Origin: an uncultured bacterium
Lineage (GTDB): Bacteria > Babelota > Babeliae > Babelales > Vermiphilaceae
DNA length: 64,000 nucleotides
Reading direction: 5' to 3'
Assembly: GCA_963695335.1 (NCBI GenBank)
Contig: OY968764.1
Location: 1,302,685 to 1,366,684 of the forward strand
The notes below the pieces were generated by a model. That model did no database searches and was not told where the DNA came from. It worked only from the letters and a program-made list of their open reading frames with translations. Both the position numbers and the translations under genes were made by a program. Shown here one piece after another: positions 1 to 10,382 of the stretch; positions within the stretch are counted from its first letter, which is position 1; the number at the start of each line of letters is the position of its first letter.

Positions 1-148
1 ATTGCACCAGAAGAGCAAATAGCCATTCTTGAAATTTCTCGCCAAGAAGCTATGGCAATGGTAATATCTGGAGGTATTATTCAACCCGATACTGATAAAA
101 TAAAATAAGATATGATAACTATTCATACAGCCTGATCAATATTATCCC

Positions 149-286
149 GCGCTCGCCCTGAACTTGTTGAAGGGTATCTTTCGAGCGCTCGAAGATATCC
201 TTTTTCCCCAGTTTTCGTTTCACTCCAAACCGGGGTCCCCGTCTGAAGGAACTGAAGATGGGGTTAAACAGGCTCAGGATGAGCGC
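149..286. repeat. Inverted pair of family-B palindromic (REP-like) repeats; the right copy is interrupted by a family-C element (206-263)
   Basis: gcgctcgccctgaacttgttgaagggtatctt at 149-180 is also at 51354. The right copy is split into gatatcctt and caggctcaggatgagcgc. Confidence 0.75.
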
Positions 287-288
287 AT

Positions 289-1119
289 ATGCGATATATA
301 ATTCTTCTCTTAAGTTTATATACAACACCGTTGTATGGTATGAAATCTTTAATTGAAAAAGAGCCACGCTATTGTTTTAAAAACTTAACGGTCTTCAGCT
401 ATGATGGCTGGGAAGGTAATGCTATTTTCATCGCAAAAAACGCCGCATTAGTTCATTCCAATACACCAATAATAAACAACACAACCAATGACGTTAAAAA
501 ACCAGTAAAACATCCTGAGATAAAAAACCTCTTTTTTAGAGAGCCGCAACAGAATACCTATGATCTTGTTACTGTATATAATCCCTACATGCTCAATAAA
601 AAAAACATACTCATTCATCTCAAAGCAATTCATAATTATCTTGCACCATCGGGCAAATTCTGTTTTTTAATAAGAACAAAAGCAAACACTCTCTCTGTTC
701 CTGAACAAGCATTTGCAACTATCTTCCCCCACGAGTATTTATCTACTCAACGCGCAAAAGAAGAACAAATAAAAGCAAACTATTTTACTGATGATGAACT
801 CAAGGAACTTATCTGGTCAAATGGATATAATATCAATGTCTACGAAAATAAAACCTATGAAACCATTTTACCCGATATACACGATTATCAAGAAGCACTT
901 GCAGCAACATTTATTCACAATATACGCCATACCAATGTATCAAAAACAATAACACAACAGCTCACTGAGCAATTTATACAACTTGTTATGCAACAAAGTA
1001 AAAGAAATCGTCGCAACCAAATAATAGAATCTTGGAATTTTACAAAAATAATCTTATGCAAAACAGATAAACTCAGGCCTCCTGTATTTTTGAACAATTC
1101 ACTATTATCAACGCACTAA
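289..1119 (+). CDS. Exported protein, degenerate class I SAM-methyltransferase-like fold
   Basis: Hydrophobic N-terminus; YDLV..., 'LKAIHNYLAPSGKF' post-motif; first of three tandem relatives. Confidence 0.55.
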   Translation: MRYIILLLSLYTTPLYGMKSLIEKEPRYCFKNLTVFSYDGWEGNAIFIAKNAALVHSNTPIINNTTNDVKKPVKHPEIKNLFFREPQQNTYDLVTVYNPYMLNKKNILIHLKAIHNYLAPSGKFCFLIRTKANTLSVPEQAFATIFPHEYLSTQRAKEEQIKANYFTDDELKELIWSNGYNINVYENKTYETILPDIHDYQEALAATFIHNIRHTNVSKTITQQLTEQFIQLVMQQSKRNRRNQIIESWNFTKIILCKTDKLRPPVFLNNSLLSTH

Positions 1120-1204
1120 ACTTAACAAGATTTCTCGACAATACACTGTAGCAATGGTAACATTTGGTGAAATTATTCAATCATATACAAAATAAAGGTT
1201 TCCC

Positions 1205-2077
1205 ATGAAAAAATATGTTTTACTTGCAGCATTCATAATCAGCGCACTTAATGGAATGGATAATCAACAACCTAAGAACTCATCTATTGTTTCACAACTT
1301 TTAGAACATTATAATATTCCCATTCAAAATCGTGCCATTTTTCATATTGGATGTACCACAGGAAAAAGATCTGTCGAACTTGCACAAAAAGCATCTCGCG
1401 TTCATGTATTCGATCAAAATAAAAATTTTATTGATACTGCGCAAAACACATACCAAGATATCAAAAACATTACGTTTGAACAATGTAATCCCATGAATTT
1501 TAATTTTCCAAGACAATGCGATGTGGCAATCATTGATTACACCACAATAAACGATTATGCGGAGATTAATGAACACAAACAAGAACTATTCCAATGTATG
1601 CATCAACATTTATTACAAAATGGTGAAATATTGCTTTCTATTACAACAACTGAAAACACACCACATCCAAATATTGATGCTGCCAAAGAAATGGCTTCAG
1701 TTCTACAAGCATACATACCTGGTACAACAGAAGAAGAAATTATCAATCTTATGACACCATCGTACCCTTCTTTGCAAGACCTACTCACTGCACTCGAAGA
1801 AACTGGCTTTGAGATTATTACTCATAAAGAACAAATTATTACTAAAGAAATGAACGAAAAAAAATTCTTGAACAGCTGTGAATATATCATTACCCAAAAC
1901 CCAATATCTGAAAAAATACAAGATCCTAATCTTAGAAATGACCTCACTCATCACTTTATACATTCTTATCTAAAACATTTAACCCAGTTTGTACATATAC
2001 ACAATTTGCAAAAAAGGCATGCAAATACTTACTTAGAACCACTAATTACTACGATCATTCATGCGCGTAAAAAATAA
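1205..2077 (+). CDS. Class I SAM-dependent methyltransferase-like protein with signal peptide
   Basis: IFHIGCTTG motif I variant, CDVAII, LLQNGEI, C-terminal IIHARK. Confidence 0.7.
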   Translation: MKKYVLLAAFIISALNGMDNQQPKNSSIVSQLLEHYNIPIQNRAIFHIGCTTGKRSVELAQKASRVHVFDQNKNFIDTAQNTYQDIKNITFEQCNPMNFNFPRQCDVAIIDYTTINDYAEINEHKQELFQCMHQHLLQNGEILLSITTTENTPHPNIDAAKEMASVLQAYIPGTTEEEIINLMTPSYPSLQDLLTALEETGFEIITHKEQIITKEMNEKKFLNSCEYIITQNPISEKIQDPNLRNDLTHHFIHSYLKHLTQFVHIHNLQKRHANTYLEPLITTIIHARKK

Positions 2078-2089
2078 AAAAGGAATTAC

Positions 2090-3022
2090 GTGAAAAAGTA
2101 TCTTATTGCTCTGTGCTTCATCAACAGCCTCAACTGCATGGAAAAGGAATCTTCTCTTAAAAAAACTGAAATATCCAAAAAAATAAGCAAACGTAAAGAT
2201 TATGATGCGTACGCTTATGACAACATCAAAATGAATATTGAAGTAGAAAATACTGTTTTACAATGGTTTCAAGATTGCAACATTGATACCACTGAAAAAA
2301 CGATTCTGAACATGGATTGCAACACAGGTAATATTAATGCAAGACTTGCAGAAACAGCAAAATATGTTCATGGAATTTCCGAAAGTAAAAATTTTATTAA
2401 TTTTGTACTCAACAAACACACAAATGCTATACAGGATGGAAAACTCTCTTTTGAATATGTCAAAACAAAAAATTTTGAATCAAACCCTCAGCAATATGAC
2501 ATAGCAATCACATGTTCTATGAATAACTGGAAAACTCATAGTGAAAATATCTTACGTAAAGTTAACAAAGGCCTCAAACCAAATGGAGATTTTTTCGCAG
2601 TTCTTTTAACAAGTGATAATCCTGAAATTTACAGCTATGTTGCTGCTCAAAAATTTATAAAAAAACATATTTCTTCTTATCTTAATTTAGCCAAATTAAC
2701 AGGCTGGTCGCCTTTATCTAAAGAAGCCCTCATAAGTCTCTTTACAACAACAGGCTTTGAAATTATTACCCTCGAAAATCAATCTTGTAAAAGAACAATG
2801 ACCAAAGATGATATACGTGAAAGCGCTAAATATGTGGGTAAAAGCACCCCATTGGCAAAATACATACCAGATAAAAAACTTGAATCAGGCTTAAATAAGT
2901 ATGCTGATCTGTGTATAGAAGAATTACAATGTGTTGATAAAGATAAAGATGAATATACATTTGAGGTATTACTCACTGTTGTTCATGCACGCAAAACTCA
3001 AGAAATTGATAATAAAAAATAA
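2090..3022 (+). CDS. Class I SAM-dependent methyltransferase-like protein with signal peptide
   Basis: ILNMDCNTG, YDIAI, LKPNGDF, C-terminal VVHARK; paralog of the preceding gene. Confidence 0.7.
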   Translation: MKKYLIALCFINSLNCMEKESSLKKTEISKKISKRKDYDAYAYDNIKMNIEVENTVLQWFQDCNIDTTEKTILNMDCNTGNINARLAETAKYVHGISESKNFINFVLNKHTNAIQDGKLSFEYVKTKNFESNPQQYDIAITCSMNNWKTHSENILRKVNKGLKPNGDFFAVLLTSDNPEIYSYVAAQKFIKKHISSYLNLAKLTGWSPLSKEALISLFTTTGFEIITLENQSCKRTMTKDDIRESAKYVGKSTPLAKYIPDKKLESGLNKYADLCIEELQCVDKDKDEYTFEVLLTVVHARKTQEIDNKK

Positions 3023-3031
3023 TAAAATCTC

Positions 3032-3463
3032 ATGAAAAACGATTTATTCATTAAAAACGGCATCACCATTCCAGAACATGAATTAGAAATAACCACCAGC
3101 AGATCAGGCGGCGCTGGTGGTCAACATGTCAATAAAACAGAAACACGCATAACTGTGCGGTGGAATATCAAAAACTCAACTACTCTTACTGAAGAACAGA
3201 AAAACTATCTTTTAGAAAAGCTGCATTCACAACTCACCAGCGAAGGCGATATTGTGGTGCACAACAGCGAATCCCGCAGTCAACAACAAAACAAAAAAAA
3301 TGCTCTTAATAATCTTGCTGCCATCATACGCAATGCTTTACACAAGCCTAAAAAGCGTATCGCAACAAAAATATCAAAAGCATTAAAAGAAGCACGGTTA
3401 AAAACCAAAGCGCATCGGGGGAAGATTAAAGAGATGCGCAGTAAAAAAATTAGTTTTGATTAA
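3032..3463 (+). CDS. arfB: Alternative ribosome rescue peptidyl-tRNA hydrolase ArfB
   Basis: SRSGGAGGQHVNKTET GGQ motif, RSQQQNK, basic C-terminal tail. Confidence 0.95.
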   Translation: MKNDLFIKNGITIPEHELEITTSRSGGAGGQHVNKTETRITVRWNIKNSTTLTEEQKNYLLEKLHSQLTSEGDIVVHNSESRSQQQNKKNALNNLAAIIRNALHKPKKRIATKISKALKEARLKTKAHRGKIKEMRSKKISFD

Positions 3464-3473
3464 TACATTACTT

Positions 3474-5252
3474 TTATTTATTGCGCTCTGTATTTATAAA
3501 TGCTTCTACCGCCTCCATAAATGTATCAAAAACTGACATTATCTTAGAAGAGGCATGCCTTTTTACAATATCTTCCGCATAGTCTTTATCAAATCCAGCT
3601 GTTAAACACACATTAGTAAACTCATTTTCCTCATGTGATGCATAACGTAATATGTACATTTCTACAGCGATAAATAACCCAACTTTTTTTGCTAAATCAG
3701 GGTGTAATCTTTTAAATCCTTCATAATCTTTTTTTACACGATCAAATTCATCCATTAATTCCTTAAGGGTATACCTATACATATACTCTCCCTTTCGGAT
3801 CTTTCCTACTCTTTCATTAAGAGCAAACATCATATCAATTACCCTCTTGGCAATCACTTTAATAACAAGTTGTGACGGGATTTTTAAATAATCAAAATAA
3901 TTTGCTAGGTCAATCATTGCATCAAATCCCCAATCCAATGACTTTTGTTTCATACCCCATTCAACATCCCATGTAGATTTTTCTTGAGCGTTCAAATGTT
4001 CAATTTTATTAATTTCAGAGATTACATAATGGATTCTTTCTATGACATGAAAAGGAAATCTCATGGAAATAGCAATCTGTCCATTCTCTTTGCCCAAATC
4101 TTCCACAAAGTTTTTAAGAACTTCACTTTGTTGTAGTATATCCCATGAAAAAACTACTCCATCAGCTATTCCTTCTTGATATATAAAAAACTCACCTGGT
4201 TTTAAAGTTTTTTCTATCGCAACCACTTTTGCAGCTGCTTCTTCTCTTGTCAGCTTTCTTGCAAAAAATCTCATTTTTCCTTGAGCTACTAGTTCTTGTT
4301 CTTGAGCTCGTTGCTTCTCTATAAAATCTTCCAAGGCGCCTATAAAATACTCTTCAAACCAAGCTGCTAAAGGAGATTTTTTTAATATCTCATCTGCATG
4401 TGCTATATACTCATCACTTAAATCTATTTCTTTAAATAAATCAGAAGTAGTTTTCAAAAAAACACGATAAGAATATGGTTTTATACATGGAACAAGCTTA
4501 TAAGCCTTTTTACTATACAGCTCTTTTTTTACCAGCTCAGCCACATCACTATTCAATAATTTTAATTGTGCAAAAAAGTTTTGTACCTCTTTACATACCA
4601 TCTCTAATTCATTAAAAGTTATTTTACGGCTAAAATTATCATGTATTACAAGAAAAACGGTATCAACCGTTTTCATTATCCTTGCCGCAATACATACAAC
4701 AAGCATAGAAATATCAAGATCTAAAAAGTTATACAAATCAGCAACCCCAACAAGCATTGGAAAGTCTAAAGAAGCAATATCAAATTCTTGTTTTTTACGC
4801 CAATCACGTATGTATTGCTGCTTTGCCTCTTCACTTTCTTTTGTCTTTAAGACATCTAAAAGATCAAATTCGTCTTGTAATATGGAAAAAACTTTTTTGA
4901 TTACATCATAATGAGCATACAAAGGAATAGCACCACTACCCATATCGCCTAAATCCTCAAGCATACTCTTTGTAGAAGGAGCCATTTGCAACAGTTCATG
5001 AGGCACAACAATCCCATTGTCTGTTCCTGCTTGGTATACAAAAAACTCTCCTGACTTTAAATTTTTTTCTATATCGACAATCTTTTTTGCCGCTTCCATT
5101 TCTGCAGTTTTTGCCGCAGTTGTGGCTCTTTCTCTTTCTATGAGCTTTTTAGTCGATGCTTGGCTCTTTGGCGTCATCTTCATAGAAAAAACATTACCCA
5201 TAAAAATTATCGTCAAGAAAGCAATCAATCGAGTTACTCCATTACTCTTCAT
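3474..5252 (-). CDS. Exported protein with two tandem Skp1/BTB-POZ-like domains
   Basis: Internal duplication; STKSMLEDLG..AIPL and SEVLKNFVEDLG..IAI, followed by ADLYNFLDL and LANYFDYLKI, resemble Skp1 TIKTMLEDLG...VPL...AANYLDI. Confidence 0.6.
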   Translation of the reverse strand: MKSNGVTRLIAFLTIIFMGNVFSMKMTPKSQASTKKLIERERATTAAKTAEMEAAKKIVDIEKNLKSGEFFVYQAGTDNGIVVPHELLQMAPSTKSMLEDLGDMGSGAIPLYAHYDVIKKVFSILQDEFDLLDVLKTKESEEAKQQYIRDWRKKQEFDIASLDFPMLVGVADLYNFLDLDISMLVVCIAARIMKTVDTVFLVIHDNFSRKITFNELEMVCKEVQNFFAQLKLLNSDVAELVKKELYSKKAYKLVPCIKPYSYRVFLKTTSDLFKEIDLSDEYIAHADEILKKSPLAAWFEEYFIGALEDFIEKQRAQEQELVAQGKMRFFARKLTREEAAAKVVAIEKTLKPGEFFIYQEGIADGVVFSWDILQQSEVLKNFVEDLGKENGQIAISMRFPFHVIERIHYVISEINKIEHLNAQEKSTWDVEWGMKQKSLDWGFDAMIDLANYFDYLKIPSQLVIKVIAKRVIDMMFALNERVGKIRKGEYMYRYTLKELMDEFDRVKKDYEGFKRLHPDLAKKVGLFIAVEMYILRYASHEENEFTNVCLTAGFDKDYAEDIVKRHASSKIMSVFDTFMEAVEAFINTERNK

Positions 5253-5284
5253 TTATGTCCCCATACATTATTAAGTTTTCAAAC

Positions 5285-6232
5285 TTATATAGCACCAGCT
5301 GATTCATTCATTTCAGCTATAGCCTGAGCTATAAACGGATCTTTTTTTAAACCTTCACTCATGTGGATTCCTGCAGCAATAAGCAATTTCATCATATCAA
5401 TTGCTGTTCTATGTGCTGCTTGCGCATTAGCACCCTTTATCACAGCCATTTGCTTATAAAAATATGCTGCTGTAAGTACATCCTTGGAAGTAGGGTAGTT
5501 TACATCAACGCCGTATTGAGTCAAAATTTTAACGGCATCGATATTACCCTCGCTTAAAGCTATCAGTAATGGTGTTTTAAGTGATGCAAGACGTTTCATC
5601 TCATAATTTAATTTTGCTCCATGTTCCAAAAGAGCACTCAGAGCCTGAAGATTATTCATACGTATCGCATCCGCTAATGGCGTAAAACCATAAATACTCG
5701 TAAATTCTAAATCAACGCCTTTGTTGATAAAATCTTTAAACCTATCAATCGAAAATTGTGCAGGGTTAGAAATAAAGCTTTCAAAAGCAATCTGTAGGTC
5801 AAAACGCTTTTCAGCACAATTCATTTCATCTATTCTCTGTGCTACCATGGCATCAGACCATATCTCAAACTTTTCTGACAGATGCTTTATGAATTTCAAA
5901 CAAAAATCAGGATCTTTAACCAATTCGTTTAATGTTTTATTTATTTGTGAAAGACGACTCACTGTTTGAGCACAAGTTTCAATAGTATCTCCAGTACCAT
6001 GTAACAACAGTAAGCCAGCTATCTTATTTTGAACATTTATAGGAAGATAATGGGCTAATAACGAAAATTCATCTGATTCAAACCCAACATTATCAAGTAA
6101 AATATTGCCAATATATTCAACATAATCTCGGAATTTTGGTTTTTCTAATGATGTTGATTGCTCAGGTTCCATGGTATGAATATTGCGAGCAAAAACAATA
6201 ACAACAAATAATAGAAAATATAACCTCTTCAT
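5285..6232 (-). CDS. Ankyrin repeat protein with signal peptide and possible F-box-like segment
   Basis: GFTPLADAI...LLEHGA and KTPLLIAL...LTQYGVDVN ankyrin repeats; LPINVQNKIAGLL. Confidence 0.8.
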   Translation of the reverse strand: MKRLYFLLFVVIVFARNIHTMEPEQSTSLEKPKFRDYVEYIGNILLDNVGFESDEFSLLAHYLPINVQNKIAGLLLLHGTGDTIETCAQTVSRLSQINKTLNELVKDPDFCLKFIKHLSEKFEIWSDAMVAQRIDEMNCAEKRFDLQIAFESFISNPAQFSIDRFKDFINKGVDLEFTSIYGFTPLADAIRMNNLQALSALLEHGAKLNYEMKRLASLKTPLLIALSEGNIDAVKILTQYGVDVNYPTSKDVLTAAYFYKQMAVIKGANAQAAHRTAIDMMKLLIAAGIHMSEGLKKDPFIAQAIAEMNESAGAI

Positions 6233-6499
6233 AAAACTCTCCTAGTTCTATTATACAAAACATATTTATTTTCAATTATAATAATAAAGGATGGGGGGGG
6301 TAAAAAACAATAGTTTTTCGAAAATCTATTGAAATTTATGAAAATGCCCTACTGGCCAATCTATAGAAATCTTCAGTGAGACGGACAAATCAGTAAGATA
6401 AGTAACATTATACCAGACGAGTTATATTCAATCACATTGTCTTAAAAAAGAAAAAAGGCCAAAACTTATAGTCTTGACCCATCAAAATCGTACCAATAA

Positions 6500-7174
6500 T
6501 CAGTAATACTCACTTCTTGCATGCCAAGAACGTCCACCAAAAGAAAGAATGCGTTCTGCCATTTCAACTTTTTTTCGCTCTTTTTCCTCTTGCTCATACG
6601 CCTTAAACAAATCAATAAATTTTTGTACCTCAGGATATTGCTCTTTAAGATTATTGGCATAATGATAACCGCTCAGATACTCACCATTGCATGTTACTGG
6701 CTTTCTAGTATCCAAAAGCCATTTGATAACTGGCACCATTTCATCTACCGTGGATGTTTCAACTGCCTCTCTAATATTAAGACAATACGCATTCCAAACA
6801 GCCACTGTATTTCTTTCAAGCAACCATAAAGCAAGCTTATCTTTTTTATTTTTTACTGCATAAGCAAATTCTTGATGCTGTTCGAGCGCACCCATACTTT
6901 TCCAATAAAACATTTGATGCATATCATTTTTAGCAAAAAAAGCTTCCTTATAATTTTTATTCAATTCATCTTGTGAATGAACAATTTTTAAATATTTTGT
7001 ACAGGTACATCGTAAAGTATCCCGTGCTGGCCGATCTAAGCGTGGACAAACAGAAGTAATGAATAAATCATCTGTAATACATATGCCACTGGAATGATTT
7101 GTTGTTGTAAGTTCCATTGCAGATATTGGAAAAAAAGATAGTAAAAAAATGATAGCAAGCCATTTGTATTGCAT
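6500..7174 (-). CDS. Exported protein with F-box-like N-terminal motif (paralog of 8936-9631)
   Basis: Signal peptide; ITDDLFITSVCPRLDRPARDTLRCTCTKY. Confidence 0.55.
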   Translation of the reverse strand: MQYKWLAIIFLLSFFPISAMELTTTNHSSGICITDDLFITSVCPRLDRPARDTLRCTCTKYLKIVHSQDELNKNYKEAFFAKNDMHQMFYWKSMGALEQHQEFAYAVKNKKDKLALWLLERNTVAVWNAYCLNIREAVETSTVDEMVPVIKWLLDTRKPVTCNGEYLSGYHYANNLKEQYPEVQKFIDLFKAYEQEEKERKKVEMAERILSFGGRSWHARSEYY

Positions 7175-7390
7175 ATTATGTCCCTAAAAAAATATAATTT
7201 CTTAAATATACAGTTTAAATTACATCATACAAATCAGTTTAACAATGCAAACTATTCATGAATAACCTCATAAACTCACCAATAGTTAAAAAAGCAATGT
7301 CTGAATTTCAGCTACAAAAATTTTGCAAAACCATTATAATAAAAAGAGATGAAATACATAATCACAAATGCAAAAAAACAGGTAACAACA

Positions 7391-7795
7391 ATGCGTACAT
7401 TTCTGCAAAAAAAATTATGGCGTGACAATGCCATTGACATGATGGAAAAAAATCATGGTTCAAAAATACATTGGCGCCAATTAAACGATCAAGAATTTGA
7501 TCAACAAATTCGTATTAAATTACTTGAAGAAGCAGAAGAGGTAGCTACAGCGCAATCACGTAATGAATTAATCAATGAACTTGCCGATTTGTATGAAGTA
7601 ATTGATTCTCTGATGGCTGCAAATGCTATAACCACAGAAGAAATTATCACTGAACAAATGAAAAAACGCGATGAACGCGGTGGATTTACCAAGCGTAGAT
7701 TTGTTGAAACAGCTCAACACCCTGTAGACAGTTTTGGTGAAAAATATTGCCTTGCTGATCCTGACAAATATCCTGAAATTGTATCATTACCATAA
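7391..7795 (+). CDS. MazG-like / phosphoribosyl-ATP pyrophosphohydrolase-family NTP pyrophosphatase
   Basis: KLWRD, KLLEEAEE, ELADLYEVI, KRDERGGF; ORF open from 7349. Confidence 0.85.
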   Translation: MRTFLQKKLWRDNAIDMMEKNHGSKIHWRQLNDQEFDQQIRIKLLEEAEEVATAQSRNELINELADLYEVIDSLMAANAITTEEIITEQMKKRDERGGFTKRRFVETAQHPVDSFGEKYCLADPDKYPEIVSLP

Positions 7796-7922
7796 ACATT
7801 GCTTCGGTAAAAAAAATACACTATCCTATTGCAAAAATAATAATTCAAAAGCCTGAACACACACTGATGCATGTTATGTGGCATTTATTGGCAGCATATG
7901 CCGCATATGTAGCATTAACAAT

Positions 7923-8939
7923 TTAATATGTGTTATATGCTCTCAAAGCAATATCCACAACTCCATTTGGTTCAAACATAGCAATAAAATGATTGTATCC
8001 AATATGTCTATTTTCATAATCTTGGTGCTGATTATGTGGCGCTAATAATAGTTCACTATATTCTGCAATATCTTCTACAATGCGCTCACATCTATAATAA
8101 GCAATGATTTCTGCATTAACCTCAGTTTTGCCATACCCAACATAAAAAAGCTTTTCTTCATCAGAATTGTTCCACACATTACCCACACCCCCGCCGATAA
8201 ACATTAAATCTCTTTCTTTGGGAGCCATAATAGGGTTATCCCAATCTACGATATACATCGCACCTTCTTTTGTGAGTAATACATTACCAGCGTGTATATC
8301 AGAATGGCATAGCACAAATTGTGAAGGTGTATTTTTAAGCTTATCTGCCAACTGCTCGGCACGATCTACTAAATGCTGTATTACAACTTTATGTTTTTTA
8401 AGAGAGTCTAAAAACTTCAAAGCTATTTCATCGTACGCTTGTGTATCTTTTATATAACTATCTAATGACCTAACAAGATTGCGCCATTGTGCAGAATATG
8501 TTTCTTGCCGTATCTGTGCTCTGATTGATACTGGAACTTCAAAACCATGAATTTTTCTTAATGTTTTACCCAACTCAATCCATTGATCTGGCGTTAGATT
8601 TTGCGTAAAACCATCACACCCTTCTATAAATGGGTACACCATGAGAGAATAATCATCGATATACTGAACAATCTGATTCTGCTTCGTTTTTACAGGAACA
8701 ATAATTTCTTGTATCCCTGCATCATGTAACATTTGTTGTAAAACAATTCCAGCACTATGGAAATGCCCATGTTTTATTTTTACAAAGTATACTACATTAT
8801 CATCTGTTTGAGCTTTATAGACTGATGCGTCTATATCTGCACCTAAAGGAAGTAAGATAAGTTTTGTAACGTTAATACCATAGTAGACATTAAGACAATC
8901 AATAATATATTGATCTGAAAAAGATTGTTTTTTGATCAC
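7923..8939 (-). CDS. Aminoglycoside phosphotransferase, APH(9)/spectinomycin kinase-like
   Basis: LGAD, CHSDIHAGN, IVDWD, APKERDLMFIGGG, ERIVEDIA motifs as recalled from Legionella APH(9)-Ia. Confidence 0.85.
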   Translation of the reverse strand: MIKKQSFSDQYIIDCLNVYYGINVTKLILLPLGADIDASVYKAQTDDNVVYFVKIKHGHFHSAGIVLQQMLHDAGIQEIIVPVKTKQNQIVQYIDDYSLMVYPFIEGCDGFTQNLTPDQWIELGKTLRKIHGFEVPVSIRAQIRQETYSAQWRNLVRSLDSYIKDTQAYDEIALKFLDSLKKHKVVIQHLVDRAEQLADKLKNTPSQFVLCHSDIHAGNVLLTKEGAMYIVDWDNPIMAPKERDLMFIGGGVGNVWNNSDEEKLFYVGYGKTEVNAEIIAYYRCERIVEDIAEYSELLLAPHNQHQDYENRHIGYNHFIAMFEPNGVVDIALRAYNTY

Positions 8940-9631
8940 AAATAATCACCTCTTGCATGCCAAGGGCTGCTAGAATATGCATTATTCCTACGTGATTCCG
9001 CAACTATTCTAGCTATTTCTCGCTTCTCTTCTTCTTTATATTTATCAAACAAATCAACAAATTTTTGCATATCAGGATATCGCTTTTTACGATCATTAGC
9101 ATAATTATAAGCACTCAAGAAGTCCCTGCTATCCGTTAGAGGCTTTGTAGCATCCAAAAGCCATTGTATTACCGGTACTATTTCATCTACTGTTGATGTT
9201 TCAACTGCATCTTGCATATTCCAATAATAACCATGGAAAATAATATTTACTCTCTTTGTTTCCAATAACCATACAGCAAGTTTCTCTTTTTTATTCTTTA
9301 CTGCACTAGCTAATTCCTGATGTGGAAACATACCTCCCAGGTTCTTCCAATAAACCAATTGATCTTGGATATTTTGGCCATACCCTATCTTGTCATATAC
9401 TTCTTGATGATGTTTATTTAGCTCCTCTTGTGAATGAACAAGTGCTAAATATTTTTTACACGTACATCGTAAAGCATCCCGTGCTGGCCGATCTAAGCGT
9501 GAGCAAATAGAAATAGTAAATAAGTCATTGGTAAGAGGTATGCCATTGGAATGATTTGGGGTTGTGAGTTTCATTGCATGCATTGAAAAAGAAGATAGTA
9601 AAAAAATGATGACAGATAACTTGTGTTGCAT
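8936..9631 (-). CDS. Exported protein with F-box-like motif (paralog of 6500-7174)
   Basis: LTNDLFTISICSRLDRPARDALRCTCKKY; shares cccgtgctggccgatctaagcgtg with the paralog. Confidence 0.55.
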   Translation of the reverse strand: MQHKLSVIIFLLSSFSMHAMKLTTPNHSNGIPLTNDLFTISICSRLDRPARDALRCTCKKYLALVHSQEELNKHHQEVYDKIGYGQNIQDQLVYWKNLGGMFPHQELASAVKNKKEKLAVWLLETKRVNIIFHGYYWNMQDAVETSTVDEIVPVIQWLLDATKPLTDSRDFLSAYNYANDRKKRYPDMQKFVDLFDKYKEEEKREIARIVAESRRNNAYSSSPWHARGDYL

Positions 9632-9658
9632 GTATATCCTTAAAAACAAAAAAAATTA

Positions 9659-10324
9659 TCAAAAATTCTTACTCTCACTCGTCGGTTCAGCATTCACTAA
9701 CCTTATTTCAATTCTTTCAATCGATTTACCAGGATGTTCCCTTTTAAGTGTCACATACCCAACTTGCCCCGTTGAATCCACATGCGTCCCACCGCAAGGG
9801 ACTTGAGCAAAATTTTCAATGCGCCAAAAACGCCGTTGCGTTGCCTCATCCAAGTAACCTTTTTCAATCGGCAAATCTTGATCAATAATTGCATTATACG
9901 CCGCCAATATTTCAGGCAATTTTGGTGATATACTTTCAGGTGATATAAAATCAATACGCGCCTTAGTTTCAGAAATATGTGCACCAATTTTTTCAAAACC
10001 AAATTTCTGTGTCACAATTTCCAAAATTAATTCTGCAGCAAAATGCAATCTCATAAGCCTGTTACGACGTGCCCAATCAATTTCCATAACAACTTGATCA
10101 CCTACTGAAAATCCATTATCTGCAGGCAACGTATAATAAATCAAATTCCCTTCCATTCTTGAGTTCAAAATGGGCATACCATTAACTGCTGCCTTATCAC
10201 TCTCTTGCCCACCTGCAAAGGAATAAGCTATTGTATCTTCAAATAAAATTTCATTACCATGTATCGCTGCAATTTTTGTAACCAATTTTGATTGATAGGG
10301 GTTTTCCCAAAAAACTTTTTTCAT
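9659..10324 (-). CDS. alaX: Alanyl-tRNA editing protein AlaX
   Basis: FWENPY, GGQESD, MRLHFAAE, PCGGTH. Confidence 0.85.
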   Translation of the reverse strand: MKKVFWENPYQSKLVTKIAAIHGNEILFEDTIAYSFAGGQESDKAAVNGMPILNSRMEGNLIYYTLPADNGFSVGDQVVMEIDWARRNRLMRLHFAAELILEIVTQKFGFEKIGAHISETKARIDFISPESISPKLPEILAAYNAIIDQDLPIEKGYLDEATQRRFWRIENFAQVPCGGTHVDSTGQVGYVTLKREHPGKSIERIEIRLVNAEPTSESKNF

Positions 10325-10382
10325 ACAATACACCATATAAAAAAAATTAACAAATCAAATAAACTAACATATATAAATGTAA

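Noticed and set aside
119..367. 82-aa minus-strand ORF
   Set aside because: Runs through the repeat cluster and overlaps a better-supported + strand gene
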